A stretch of 35,385 bases of DNA from an uncultured Rubrivirga sp. (lineage in GTDB: Bacteria > Actinomycetota > Actinomycetes > S36-B12). The notes under the pieces are model-generated. The model had not been told where the DNA came from. It worked only from the letters and a program-made list of their open reading frames with translations, and ran no database searches. Positions 1-8,255 of the stretch are shown here, piece after piece. The stretch lies in the NCBI GenBank assembly GCA_964631085.1, contig CAZVWA010000004.1, positions 1 to 35,385 on the forward strand, in the 5' to 3' direction. The position numbers were made by a program, and so were the translations under genes. Position 1 is the stretch's first letter. Every line of letters begins with the position of its first letter.

Positions 1-1144
1 TCTCCGGCTCACCGAGAACCATCCACTCGGCGATGGACTTACCAACGCCCGGACCCTCCTTGATCCATACGGCTGCCGCGGACCACAGGCCCTTCACCTC
101 GGGCGTCTCGCCGAGGATCGGTGCGCCGTCCGGGGTGAGCGATAGCAGACCGTTGCACGCGTACTTCTCACCGATCGACTCGTCTCCAACGATGTCCGGC
201 ATCAACTCCATCGCGTGCTCGTCTTGCAGATCAAAGTCCTCCTGCGTGAACGGCATCTCGGTCGGCGACAGAGCTGCTTGCTCGTTCGAGGGGATCTCGC
301 CTGCCTCGTACAAGATCGCGCGGTGGGCGTAGGAGCCGATTTCCAGGCCGGTTCCGTGCTGCCGCTCGTACATGAAGGTGTCCATGTCGCGGATGATCGG
401 CCACTCGATGTCGCCCTTGGCGTCCGCGAAGAACGGAACCGGACCGATGTCCTTCATCTGGTGAACCGCCGGCGTCAACGGAATCGCAGCACCTGCCATC
501 TCGGCGATACGCGGGCTCCAGCAACCGCAGGCAACGACGACGTACTCGGTATTGATCGTGCCTCGGTCCGTTACAACGGCAGACACCCGACCGTCGGTCA
601 CCTCGATGTCCATGACTTCGGTGTTGGGCAGGCTCGACAAGGCACCCATCTCGATGGCCTTCTCGCGCATGATCGTTCCGGCTCGAAGCGAGTCCACGAC
701 ACCCACCGACGGTGTCCAGAAGCCACCGAGAATCACTTCTTCGTCGATGTACGGCACCTTCTCCTTGCATTCAGCAGGAGTGAGCATCTGGGTGTCTTCG
801 ATCTCGAAGGACTTGGCCGACTGCATGCGTCGGTGCAATTCCTGCATCCGGTCCTCGGTACGGGCAACCTCGATACCACCGCACTCGGTGAAGACACCCA
901 TCTCCTTGTACTGGCGCATGCTCTCCAGCGTGAGTTGGGTGATCTCCTTGCTGTGGTCGGTCGGGAAGATGAAGTTCGAGGCATGCCCGGTGGAACCTCC
1001 CGGGTTGGGCAGTGGGCCCTTATCGACCTGGACGATGTCCGTCCAACCCAACCGGGCCAAATGCCACACGATCGAGTTGCCGACGATGCCTGCTCCGATG
1101 ACGACGCACTTCGCGTTGCTCGGTGCCTGCAGTTCCTCCGCCAT
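1..1144 (-). CDS. GcvT-family FAD-dependent oxidoreductase, dimethylglycine/sarcosine dehydrogenase-like (3' end outside the window)
   Basis: Not in the ORF track because it has no stop in the window. Manual translation from ATG 1144 gives MAEELQAPSNAKCVVIGAGIVGNSIVWHLARLGW...GGSTGHASNFIF (GxGxxG Rossmann motif and the STGHA flavinylation-type motif) and later NGLLSLTPDGAPILGETPEVKGLW. GGAAGG SD-like sequence upstream. Confidence 0.88.
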   Translation of the reverse strand, partial: MAEELQAPSNAKCVVIGAGIVGNSIVWHLARLGWTDIVQVDKGPLPNPGGSTGHASNFIFPTDHSKEITQLTLESMRQYKEMGVFTECGGIEVARTEDRMQELHRRMQSAKSFEIEDTQMLTPAECKEKVPYIDEEVILGGFWTPSVGVVDSLRAGTIMREKAIEMGALSSLPNTEVMDIEVTDGRVSAVVTDRGTINTEYVVVACGCWSPRIAEMAGAAIPLTPAVHQMKDIGPVPFFADAKGDIEWPIIRDMDTFMYERQHGTGLEIGSYAHRAILYEAGEIPSNEQAALSPTEMPFTQEDFDLQDEHAMELMPDIVGDESIGEKYACNGLLSLTPDGAPILGETPEVKGLWSAAAVWIKEGPGVGKSIAEWMVLGEPE

Positions 1145-1196
1145 GTGCTCTACCTTCCGTTCTTGTCGTTCTTCGTCTATTTCGGTTATTTCGCTG

Positions 1197-1862
1197 CTAA
1201 AGGGCGAGGCGCATTTCTGCCTCGAAACCTTCGATGTGCTTGCCCATTACCGTCGCGGCCCGTTCGGCATCGCCGTCTCTGATCGCTTCGAGGATTTCGC
1301 GGTGCTCGAGCACCGCCTGGTGTAGATGCGTGACCTTCGTCAATCCCAGGAACCAAATCCGAAGGGCATGTGTGTAGTAACTCTCAAGATCCTCCGCCAG
1401 GTAAGCGTTGTGGCTTGCCCGGTAGACGACGTTGTGAATGCGCTCATCGAGGTCCATCAACACTTGATCGCTGGACCACGAACGATCGAGCTCGACACCA
1501 CTGTGTTCATAGGCGGCGAGGTCGGTGAGTAGTTGGTCGATCACCTCGAGGTCGGCATCCTCACGCCGTTCAGCGGCCAACTTCGCGGCGAAGGGCTCGA
1601 GTTGCTCGCGCACCTCGCTGATGGCCATCAGATCCCGTGGGTCCACCCCGGCGACGAACATGCCGCGCCGGGGGTAGACGTCGATGAGGTGCTCGGACGC
1701 CAGTGCACGCAGGGCTTCGCGCACTGGCGTCCGGCCCAGACCGAGTTGCTCGCACAACTCGGACTCGCTGAGCACCGCCCCTGGTTCGAGCTCGGCGGTG
1801 CAAATCATGCGACGCACGCGCCGGTATGCCTGGTCGGCCAGGGACTCCGTCGTCGTGGTCAT
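1197..1862 (-). CDS. GntR-family transcriptional regulator (FCD C-terminal domain)
   Basis: wHTH signature LSESELCEQLGLGRTPVREAL...PRRG; FCD motifs DERIH and EHREIL...H. Confidence 0.93.
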   Translation of the reverse strand: MTTTTESLADQAYRRVRRMICTAELEPGAVLSESELCEQLGLGRTPVREALRALASEHLIDVYPRRGMFVAGVDPRDLMAISEVREQLEPFAAKLAAERREDADLEVIDQLLTDLAAYEHSGVELDRSWSSDQVLMDLDERIHNVVYRASHNAYLAEDLESYYTHALRIWFLGLTKVTHLHQAVLEHREILEAIRDGDAERAATVMGKHIEGFEAEMRLAL

Positions 1863-1866
1863 GGCA

Positions 1867-1903
1867 CAGATATATCAGTTTGCCACTGTCTTGTACACCA
1901 GTT
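1867..1903. promoter_or_regulatory. Candidate tandem GntR/FadR-type operator sites upstream of gntR
   Basis: CAGATATATCAGTT (1867-1880, perfect GATATATC core) and CTTGTACACCAGTT (1890-1903), 23 bp apart in an AT-rich intergenic gap. Confidence 0.5.
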
Positions 1904-1925
1904 AGCGAAATTTTTTCGTCAGGCG

Positions 1926-2507
1926 CTACGCCAACAGCGCCTCGACCGCCTCGGCAAGGCGGTCCCGGCCCACGCGGCGCACCTCCAGGGGAAGGCCCAG
2001 GGCCGCGGCGGCGTCTTCGGCCAGGCCGCGGATCTCTGCGTCGTCGGACCTACCCGCCAACCAGACCACCCGCCGGTAGTTGCCGAAGTAGTCCTCTCGC
2101 AGTTCGGGATAGCGATCTAGGCCGAGTTCGACGATCACCGTGCGGTGGAAGCCCCGAACCAGGAAGTCGGTGAGCAGATACGTGCCCGGCTCGTGCGCCA
2201 TCAACGCCGCGATCTCCGACCGGCCCGCGTAGACGTCGTAGCAGTGCGCGCCGGGAAGTCGCACAACGCCCCGCCTCTCGCACACCTCATCCAACGCCCC
2301 GTACGTGCCGCAATCGGAGTAGGCGATCACGACCGGCCCGTCTCGCGGCTCCAGCTTGTCGAGCAGCGCTTCGACTCTCCCGGCGATCTGCTCGGGATGG
2401 TTGTGCAGCAGAGGCGGAAGCGGGTGGATCGAGATTCCCCAGCCCCGCTGATTATCGAGTTCGATGAGGTCGTTGGCGAGGGCACCGCAGGCGATCACAT
2501 CGACCAT
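1926..2507 (-). CDS. DUF1638 domain-containing protein (corrinoid reactivation-associated)
   Basis: Motifs VIACGAL, LHNHPE, YSDCGT, AHCYD and GTYLLTDF; directly downstream of the RACo-type gene. Confidence 0.8.
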   Translation of the reverse strand: MVDVIACGALANDLIELDNQRGWGISIHPLPPLLHNHPEQIAGRVEALLDKLEPRDGPVVIAYSDCGTYGALDEVCERRGVVRLPGAHCYDVYAGRSEIAALMAHEPGTYLLTDFLVRGFHRTVIVELGLDRYPELREDYFGNYRRVVWLAGRSDDAEIRGLAEDAAAALGLPLEVRRVGRDRLAEAVEALLA

Positions 2508-2520
2508 TGTCCGCGCTACC

Positions 2521-4461
2521 TCAGACCGGAAATGCGAGTTCGTCCACGAAACGATCGTTGAAGTCCTCGCGATCTGACAGTTCCACGTAGCTGATCACGT
2601 TCAACAGCGAATGCGCGCCGTTGCGCTCCGAGCCGGACAGGACGGCCATCTTGGCTCCCTCGCCCGCAACGTTGCCCGCGCTCACGACGCGCGGCGGTGC
2701 GATGTCCGGGACAAGTCCGATACGAATCGCGTTCTTAGGAGAGAGGTAACTGCCGAACGAGCCCGCCAGCAGCACTTGCTGGACATCCTTTTCCTCAATA
2801 CCGAATTCTTCGAGCAAGATCGCCCAACCGGTTGAGATAGCGGCCTTAGCGAACTGCAACTCGCGCACGTCGCGTTGCGACAGATACACACCGCTGCTCG
2901 TGATCGGATCGCCGGCGAGCACGAAGACCCGCTCCTGCCCCCGCATGACGAGTCGATCCGCCACCTGGGGCGCGAGTTCCGCAGCCCGCTCATCGGGCAC
3001 GAACCGACCGGACTCGTCGATCAGGCCGACTCGCACCAACTCGGCGATGGCGTCCACGAGTCCGGAGCCGCAGATGCCGGTCGCCGCGGCATCGTCGATG
3101 ACGTCGATGTGGAGACCGGAGTCATCGATCCGGACGACTTCGATCGCCCCGGCCGCCGCGCGCATACCGCACGCGATGGACGCTGCCTCGAAGGCCGGGC
3201 CTGCAGGCGCGGCGGTGGCCAACAGCCGATCTCCGTTGCCCAGGATCATCTCGCAGTTGGTGCCGACGTCGATGAACAACCGAACTCGCTGATCACGGTC
3301 CATTCCGCAGGCAAGTGCTCCGGCGACGATGTCTCCGCCCACGTACGCACCGAGGGCGGGGAACAGGCATGCGCGGGCGCGGGCATTTACCTTGATGCCG
3401 AGCTCACTGGCCCTGACATCGGGATAGTCCTCCGCAGCCAGGATGAACGGGGCAACACCGAGGGGCTCTGGATCAATACCCAGTGCGATTTGCACCATCG
3501 TCGCGTTACCCGCAACCGCCACCTGATAGACCTCACTGCGATCGACCCCGGCCTCGACGCATACCTCTTCGGTGAGTTCGTCCAAGGTCTCGTGGGCAAG
3601 GGCTTGAAGAGAATCCAAAGCCGTGGGGTCGAGCATCGTGGCACTGATACGGCTGATCACATCAGCGCCATAGCGCTGCTGCTTGTTGAGCATCGACGAC
3701 ACCGACAGCGGCATGCCGTTGATCAAGTCCACAAGTGTCGCGACCACACTCGTGGTTCCGAGGTCGTAGGCGATCGCGAATACCCGGTCGCTGGTATCGC
3801 CGGGTTCGATCGCCACCAGGATGTCGTCGACCACCACGACTGTGACCTTGAAGTCCGCAGAACGCAGGATCTTCGGTAAGCCTCGCAATACCTGCGGGTC
3901 AGCACCCGACGCCATGTCGGTGATGCCGTCCATCACCCGACGCAGATCCGGGCGCTGGTCGGTCAGTGTCGGTTCGGGCAGCTCGAGGTAGCGCTTGAGC
4001 ACCGTCGGCCGATGGATGACCTGACGCCCGACTCCCACAGTCGACGCCTTCGGACGGGTGGTGAGAGGAGGCACGTGCACACGCAGATCACTCCAGGCGG
4101 CCGCCTGACACGCCAAGCGCCAGCCCTGCTCCATCTCCTCTTCGGTGAACGCCCGCGCATCGACGCCTCCCGCGGGCACCTCACCCTCGAGAATCTGGAC
4201 GCGGCACTTGCGGCAAGTACCGTGCCCGCCGCACGTGGAATCGACAGCGATGGCATTCCAACTGGCCACATCGAAGACGTTCACGCCGACCGGCGCGCGC
4301 ACCTGCTTGCCCGACGGTTCGAAGACCACGGACACACGCGCTACTTCCTCGGTGCCGGGATCCTCAAGTGAGGGGACCTCCGGGCCCGGGTCTTCAATGA
4401 GGACGGTCGTATCCAGTTCCTGGTCTTGACCAGTACCGGAGCCGAAGTCGCTTTCTGTCAT
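2521..4461 (-). CDS. ASKHA-domain reductive activator of corrinoid proteins (RACo/RamA-like) with N-terminal 2Fe-2S ferredoxin domain
   Basis: CGGHGTCRKC...RLAC 2Fe-2S ligands; DLGTT, DVGTNCE, AGPAFE, GICGSG and LAGSFG motifs. ATG 4461 overlaps the upstream TAA (TAATG), so it is preferred over the track start 4515. Confidence 0.9.
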   Translation of the reverse strand: MTESDFGSGTGQDQELDTTVLIEDPGPEVPSLEDPGTEEVARVSVVFEPSGKQVRAPVGVNVFDVASWNAIAVDSTCGGHGTCRKCRVQILEGEVPAGGVDARAFTEEEMEQGWRLACQAAAWSDLRVHVPPLTTRPKASTVGVGRQVIHRPTVLKRYLELPEPTLTDQRPDLRRVMDGITDMASGADPQVLRGLPKILRSADFKVTVVVVDDILVAIEPGDTSDRVFAIAYDLGTTSVVATLVDLINGMPLSVSSMLNKQQRYGADVISRISATMLDPTALDSLQALAHETLDELTEEVCVEAGVDRSEVYQVAVAGNATMVQIALGIDPEPLGVAPFILAAEDYPDVRASELGIKVNARARACLFPALGAYVGGDIVAGALACGMDRDQRVRLFIDVGTNCEMILGNGDRLLATAAPAGPAFEAASIACGMRAAAGAIEVVRIDDSGLHIDVIDDAAATGICGSGLVDAIAELVRVGLIDESGRFVPDERAAELAPQVADRLVMRGQERVFVLAGDPITSSGVYLSQRDVRELQFAKAAISTGWAILLEEFGIEEKDVQQVLLAGSFGSYLSPKNAIRIGLVPDIAPPRVVSAGNVAGEGAKMAVLSGSERNGAHSLLNVISYVELSDREDFNDRFVDELAFPV

Positions 4462-5321
4462 TACCCCTGCGCTGCCTCGCGTGCCCGATGGGCAGATATC
4501 CAGTTCATGCCCCACTCGTCATTGCCGAGCATCAGGTCCCCTGCCTTCACTGCCGTCACAATCTGTGGTGTGCGAGCGTCCATGATCGCGCTCGTCAATC
4601 CTGCACCCATCGCCATGGGAAGGAACACTGAATTAAGGGTGTGTCGGTCGGGCATTCCGAACGACACATTGGACGCACCGAGGGTCATGTTGACCCCGAT
4701 CTTGTCCGCGATCAGTTCGATCGTCTCCAAAGTCCGAACAACCATCTGCGAGTCCGCACCGATCGGCATGGCCAGCGGATCGATGACGATGTCCTCGATC
4801 GGGATTCCGTACTTGGTGGTCGCGGTCTGCACGATGTACTCCGTCAACTCGAAACGGCGTTGCGGATCTTCGGGAATCTCTTTGTCGTCGTTCGGAAGTG
4901 CGATGACGGCTGCCCCGTACTTCTTCACTAGGGGCAGGATCAGTTCCATTCGCTCATCTTCGGCGGTCACCGAGTTCACGAGCGCCTTGCCCTCGTACGC
5001 AGCGAGTCCTGCATCCAAAGCCTCGACCACCGAAGAATCGATACACAGCGGCATGTCGGTCAAACTCTGAACCAAACGGACGGCGTCGGCCAAGAGCGCC
5101 GCCTCATCCACCAGGGGTGCGCCCATGTTGACGTCGAGCATCATCGCGCCCCCGGCCACCTGGTCGGCCACGTCCTTCTCCACGGCCGAAAGGTCCCCGG
5201 AGCGCAGTTGCTCTTGGAAGGCCTTACGACCCGTGGGGTTGATGCGCTCGCCGATGATGCAGAAAGGCTGATCGGATCCGATGGTCAAAGTCTGGTTCGC
5301 GGAGCTAACGGTGGTGTGCAT
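4461..5321 (-). CDS. Pterin-binding methyl-corrinoid:tetrahydrofolate methyltransferase (AcsE / MetH folate-domain family)
   Basis: IIGERINPTG, LDVNMG, PLCIDS, ALVNS, IDPL and GASNVSFGMP motifs; SD AAGGGAG upstream. Confidence 0.9.
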   Translation of the reverse strand: MHTTVSSANQTLTIGSDQPFCIIGERINPTGRKAFQEQLRSGDLSAVEKDVADQVAGGAMMLDVNMGAPLVDEAALLADAVRLVQSLTDMPLCIDSSVVEALDAGLAAYEGKALVNSVTAEDERMELILPLVKKYGAAVIALPNDDKEIPEDPQRRFELTEYIVQTATTKYGIPIEDIVIDPLAMPIGADSQMVVRTLETIELIADKIGVNMTLGASNVSFGMPDRHTLNSVFLPMAMGAGLTSAIMDARTPQIVTAVKAGDLMLGNDEWGMNWISAHRAREAAQG

Positions 5322-5373
5322 GGTTCTCCCCTTGTGACGGGCTTTTCGTGGGTTCTTCGTGCGTGTGTAAGTG

Positions 5374-6312
5374 TCAGGCGGTCTGATGGATTGACGGGTT
5401 TGCCCCTGTTGCGAATTCCGGGCCGATCTGGAGATCGGTCACCAGTCGCCGCAAGGTGTCGTCATGACGGAAGTCGGTTATGTGAATCCCGGCAACACCC
5501 GCGAGTGACAGCGCGTGCTCGGTTTGCTCCCGGACGAGTTGGTAGGACTCCTCCGCCGGATCCTCGGCATCGGCCACTCGATCGATCACATCCGACGGGA
5601 CGTGGATTCCGGGCACGTTGCCTTCCATGAAGCGCAATGCCCCGGCCGTCTTGGTCAAGATCACCGTCGGCAGGATCGCTGCGCCTCGTGTGACACCGTT
5701 GGAACGACAGGCCTCGATGAATGCCTCGAGTTTGTTCGGCTCGTAGCCGATCTGCAGCTGCAGGAACTTCGCGCCCCCGTCTACCTTCAAGCGCGCCCGT
5801 CGGGCACGTATCTCCACTGGCGGCGCGAACGGATTCTCGACCGCTCCGATGAGGAGTTCTCGGTGGTGCTTGAGCTTGCGCCCGGAGAGGTACGTCCCGC
5901 GGGAGATTCCGTTCATGATCGACACCAACTGCGGACCATCGATGTCGAATACCCGTCGAGCCTCCGGCTCGTCGCCCGCCGTGACGTCGTCGCCGGTCAG
6001 CGCGCAGAAGGCGGTCACCCCGTGCATTTGGGCACCCACGATGTCCGCTTGAGCTGCGATCCGGTTCTTGTCCCGGCACACCACCTGCATGATCGGCTCG
6101 CCACCCACCTGCTTCACGGCGATGGCCATCGAGACGTTGCTTGCGTGCGCGTGCGCCGCGGGGTTGTCCGTGATGTTCACCGCATCCACGTACGGCCGAT
6201 AGTGGTCGAACGCTTCGCGCACGGTTTCGAGATCTCCCCCATCCAGGGACGGAAACTCAGCCGTCACGATGGGTCGTCGCCGACTTTCGACGAGGCTTGC
6301 GAACTCCGACAT
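5374..6312 (-). CDS. metF: Methylenetetrahydrofolate reductase
   Basis: TAEF, DAVNITDN, CRDKNR, ALTGD and GGAKFLQLQ motifs. ATG 6312 overlaps the upstream TGA (TGATG). Confidence 0.85.
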   Translation of the reverse strand: MSEFASLVESRRRPIVTAEFPSLDGGDLETVREAFDHYRPYVDAVNITDNPAAHAHASNVSMAIAVKQVGGEPIMQVVCRDKNRIAAQADIVGAQMHGVTAFCALTGDDVTAGDEPEARRVFDIDGPQLVSIMNGISRGTYLSGRKLKHHRELLIGAVENPFAPPVEIRARRARLKVDGGAKFLQLQIGYEPNKLEAFIEACRSNGVTRGAAILPTVILTKTAGALRFMEGNVPGIHVPSDVIDRVADAEDPAEESYQLVREQTEHALSLAGVAGIHITDFRHDDTLRRLVTDLQIGPEFATGANPSIHQTA

Positions 6313-6686
6313 CACTGCTCCGCCAACCAACCGTCAGGCGTCTCACGGTCCTTGCCGTTCATCAAGTTGAGCCAGGATGAATCCCCTTTAAGGGAATTGT
6401 TCACCGGTGGTCGAAGGTGCCCCACCTCTTCGCGCCACGAGGACGGGAGCAGAGGCAGGGTCTCAGCCCGGTGGTTGGCCTTCACCCAAACGCACCGCAT
6501 CTCAGGCTTCACCTCGCAGTTACCGTCAGCGCGAACTCCCCCGCACGGCCCGTTGCGAAGTGTCTTGGGGCAGGTCATCGGGCAGGTCATCCCCGTTGAG
6601 TGCAAAACGCACTGGCCGCACATCTGGCAGTCCCACACGGGTCCCTTGACCACGTGCTCGGCCATCGGCAGCAACTTGCGCAGCAT
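6312..6686 (-). CDS. MTHFR C-terminal-domain / MetV-like Cys-rich metal-binding protein
   Basis: Eight cysteines in CQMCGQC...CPMTCPKTLRNGPCGG...CEV...CVW; translationally coupled to metF. Confidence 0.85.
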   Translation of the reverse strand: MLRKLLPMAEHVVKGPVWDCQMCGQCVLHSTGMTCPMTCPKTLRNGPCGGVRADGNCEVKPEMRCVWVKANHRAETLPLLPSSWREEVGHLRPPVNNSLKGDSSWLNLMNGKDRETPDGWLAEQ

Positions 6687-6688
6687 GG

Positions 6689-7345
6689 TCAGGCTCCGGA
6701 CCGAACCGCGAGGAGTTCCTTGGCGCGGCGCACGGCCGTTGCAGCATCAGCGGCGTACCCGTCGGCGCCTGAGACGTCGGCGTACTCCTGGGTAACCGGC
6801 GCACCCCCGACCATGATGATGATGTCGTCGCGCAGCCCAGCCTTCTCGATGGCGTTGATGTTCACCTTGAACATCGGCATCGTGGTGGTCAAGAAGGCTG
6901 ACATACCGACGATGTCCGGCTTGTGTTCCTGGATGGCTTCGATGAACTTCTCCGGTGGCACCTGCACGCCGATATCGATCACGTGGAAGCCGGCGCCTTC
7001 GAGCATGATGTTGACCAAGTTCTTACCGATGTCGTGAACATCGCCCTTAACCGTTCCCATCAAGAACGTGCCCACACTCTCTGCACCCGTCTGGGCCAGC
7101 AGTGGTCGGAGTACTTCTAGGGCACCGCTCATCGCCTTGCCCGCGATCAGCATCTCGGGCACGAAGAAATCACCCCGCTCGAACCGAGCGCCCACCTCTT
7201 CGAGCGCGGGAATCAACGCGTCGAACAGCAGCGAGTCCGGGGTCATGCCCAGCTCGAGACCAGAATTGGTGTGCTCGAGAACCGCCGGCGCGTTGCCGAC
7301 CATGGTCTCGTCGTAGAGCGCCTTCAACACATCGTCCGGAGTCAT
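6689..7345 (-). CDS. Stand-alone corrinoid (B12)-binding protein (MttC/MtgC-like)
   Basis: Cap domain (VGARFERGDFFVPEML), DxHxxG motif DVHDIGKNLV, SAFLTTT and VGGA. ATGA overlap with the iclR stop. Confidence 0.95.
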   Translation of the reverse strand: MTPDDVLKALYDETMVGNAPAVLEHTNSGLELGMTPDSLLFDALIPALEEVGARFERGDFFVPEMLIAGKAMSGALEVLRPLLAQTGAESVGTFLMGTVKGDVHDIGKNLVNIMLEGAGFHVIDIGVQVPPEKFIEAIQEHKPDIVGMSAFLTTTMPMFKVNINAIEKAGLRDDIIIMVGGAPVTQEYADVSGADGYAADAATAVRRAKELLAVRSGA

Positions 7346-8145
7346 GCAGCACCCACCCTTCCTCCTGTTTGAGTGACATTGGTGTCGGTCGAGCCCTCAT
7401 TCCCCTCAAAGCCCAGCGCCGCCGACGCGGCCAGTGCCGCATCGACGAGGAGCTGCGCGTACTCCTGCGCAACCTCGCGTGACATTCGCAGGGTCGGTCC
7501 GGAAATGGAAAGAGCCGCAACGACACTGCCGTCCGCGGTGAACACCGGAGCGGCTACGGCGATGAGTCCAGGTTCTAGTTCGGAATCGGCCATCGCCCAG
7601 CCCCTGAGCCGCGTCTTCTCCAGATCGTCGGCGAGTCGTTGGCGCGAGGTGATCGTGCGTGAGCTGATCTTGCGCAGCCGACCCGGCGGGAGTTCGGCGC
7701 CGTAGGCCAAGAAGACCTTTCCCAGCGCTGAAGCGTGGAGAGGGATCTTCTGATCCCCCCAATTCACCCCGCCGATCAAATAAGTGCAGTCCAGTTGGCT
7801 GATCTGCTCGACCTCTTGTCCGTCGAGGACCGCGAGGTTGATCTTCTCGCCGGTCGCTTCGCTGAGAGCGGTCATATGCGGGCGGCAAGCCTCGATGAGT
7901 TCGTCGGTCGGACGCCGAGAATGGGCGAAGCGCGTCACCGCACCCCCCGGACGGACGGCACCGTCCTCTCTCCTGGAAATGAGATCGTGCCGCTCGAGGC
8001 TGGAGAGCAGTCGAGACAGGGTGCTCTTGGCTAGCTCACTCGACTCCTGCAGCTCGCCGAAGGTAAGCGGTTCCTCGGCTTCGAGGACCGTCAGGAGCAG
8101 ACCCGCCGCACGGTCAACAGCTTGGGTACCCGACACAGACGCCAC
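7342..8145 (-). CDS. IclR-family transcriptional regulator
   Basis: N-terminal HTH (LAKSTLSRLLSSL), PLHASALGKVFLA and AVAAPVF...ALSISGP motifs; GTG start with GGGAG SD. Confidence 0.93.
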   Translation of the reverse strand: MASVSGTQAVDRAAGLLLTVLEAEEPLTFGELQESSELAKSTLSRLLSSLERHDLISRREDGAVRPGGAVTRFAHSRRPTDELIEACRPHMTALSEATGEKINLAVLDGQEVEQISQLDCTYLIGGVNWGDQKIPLHASALGKVFLAYGAELPPGRLRKISSRTITSRQRLADDLEKTRLRGWAMADSELEPGLIAVAAPVFTADGSVVAALSISGPTLRMSREVAQEYAQLLVDAALAASAALGFEGNEGSTDTNVTQTGGRVGAA

Positions 8146-8194
8146 TACGCTCCCACTTCCCAGAACTTCACGGGCCCAGACTCTTCCCTACGGG

Positions 8195-8225
8195 CCCATA
8201 TTGTGGAACGCTTGTTCCATATGGG
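8195..8225. promoter_or_regulatory. Palindromic candidate IclR operator in the divergent promoter region
   Basis: CCCATA-TTG-TGGAAC-GCTT-GTTCCA-TATGGG: perfect TGGAAC/GTTCCA inverted repeat flanked by CCCATA/TATGGG. Confidence 0.55.
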
Positions 8226-8226
8226 G

Positions 8227-8255
8227 AGTGTAGGAACCGCCCTCACTCCCGTCAA
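8227..8255 (-). promoter_or_regulatory. Housekeeping sigma70-type promoter for the leftward iclR-corrinoid-metVF operon
   Basis: On the minus strand, TTGACG (8255-8250), a 17-nt spacer and TACACT (8232-8227). Confidence 0.65.

Noticed and set aside
215-1325. Long plus-strand ORFs 215-1282 and 552-1325, and similar ones such as 2875-3879, 5515-6795, 9787-10644 and 17362-18297
   Set aside because: Antisense or off-frame shadows of well-supported genes, expected from GC-rich codon bias; no recognisable motifs.
4461-5321. Dihydropteroate synthase (folP)
   Set aside because: The IGERIN and SNVSFG motifs and the corrinoid context fit the methyltransferase branch of the pterin-binding fold.
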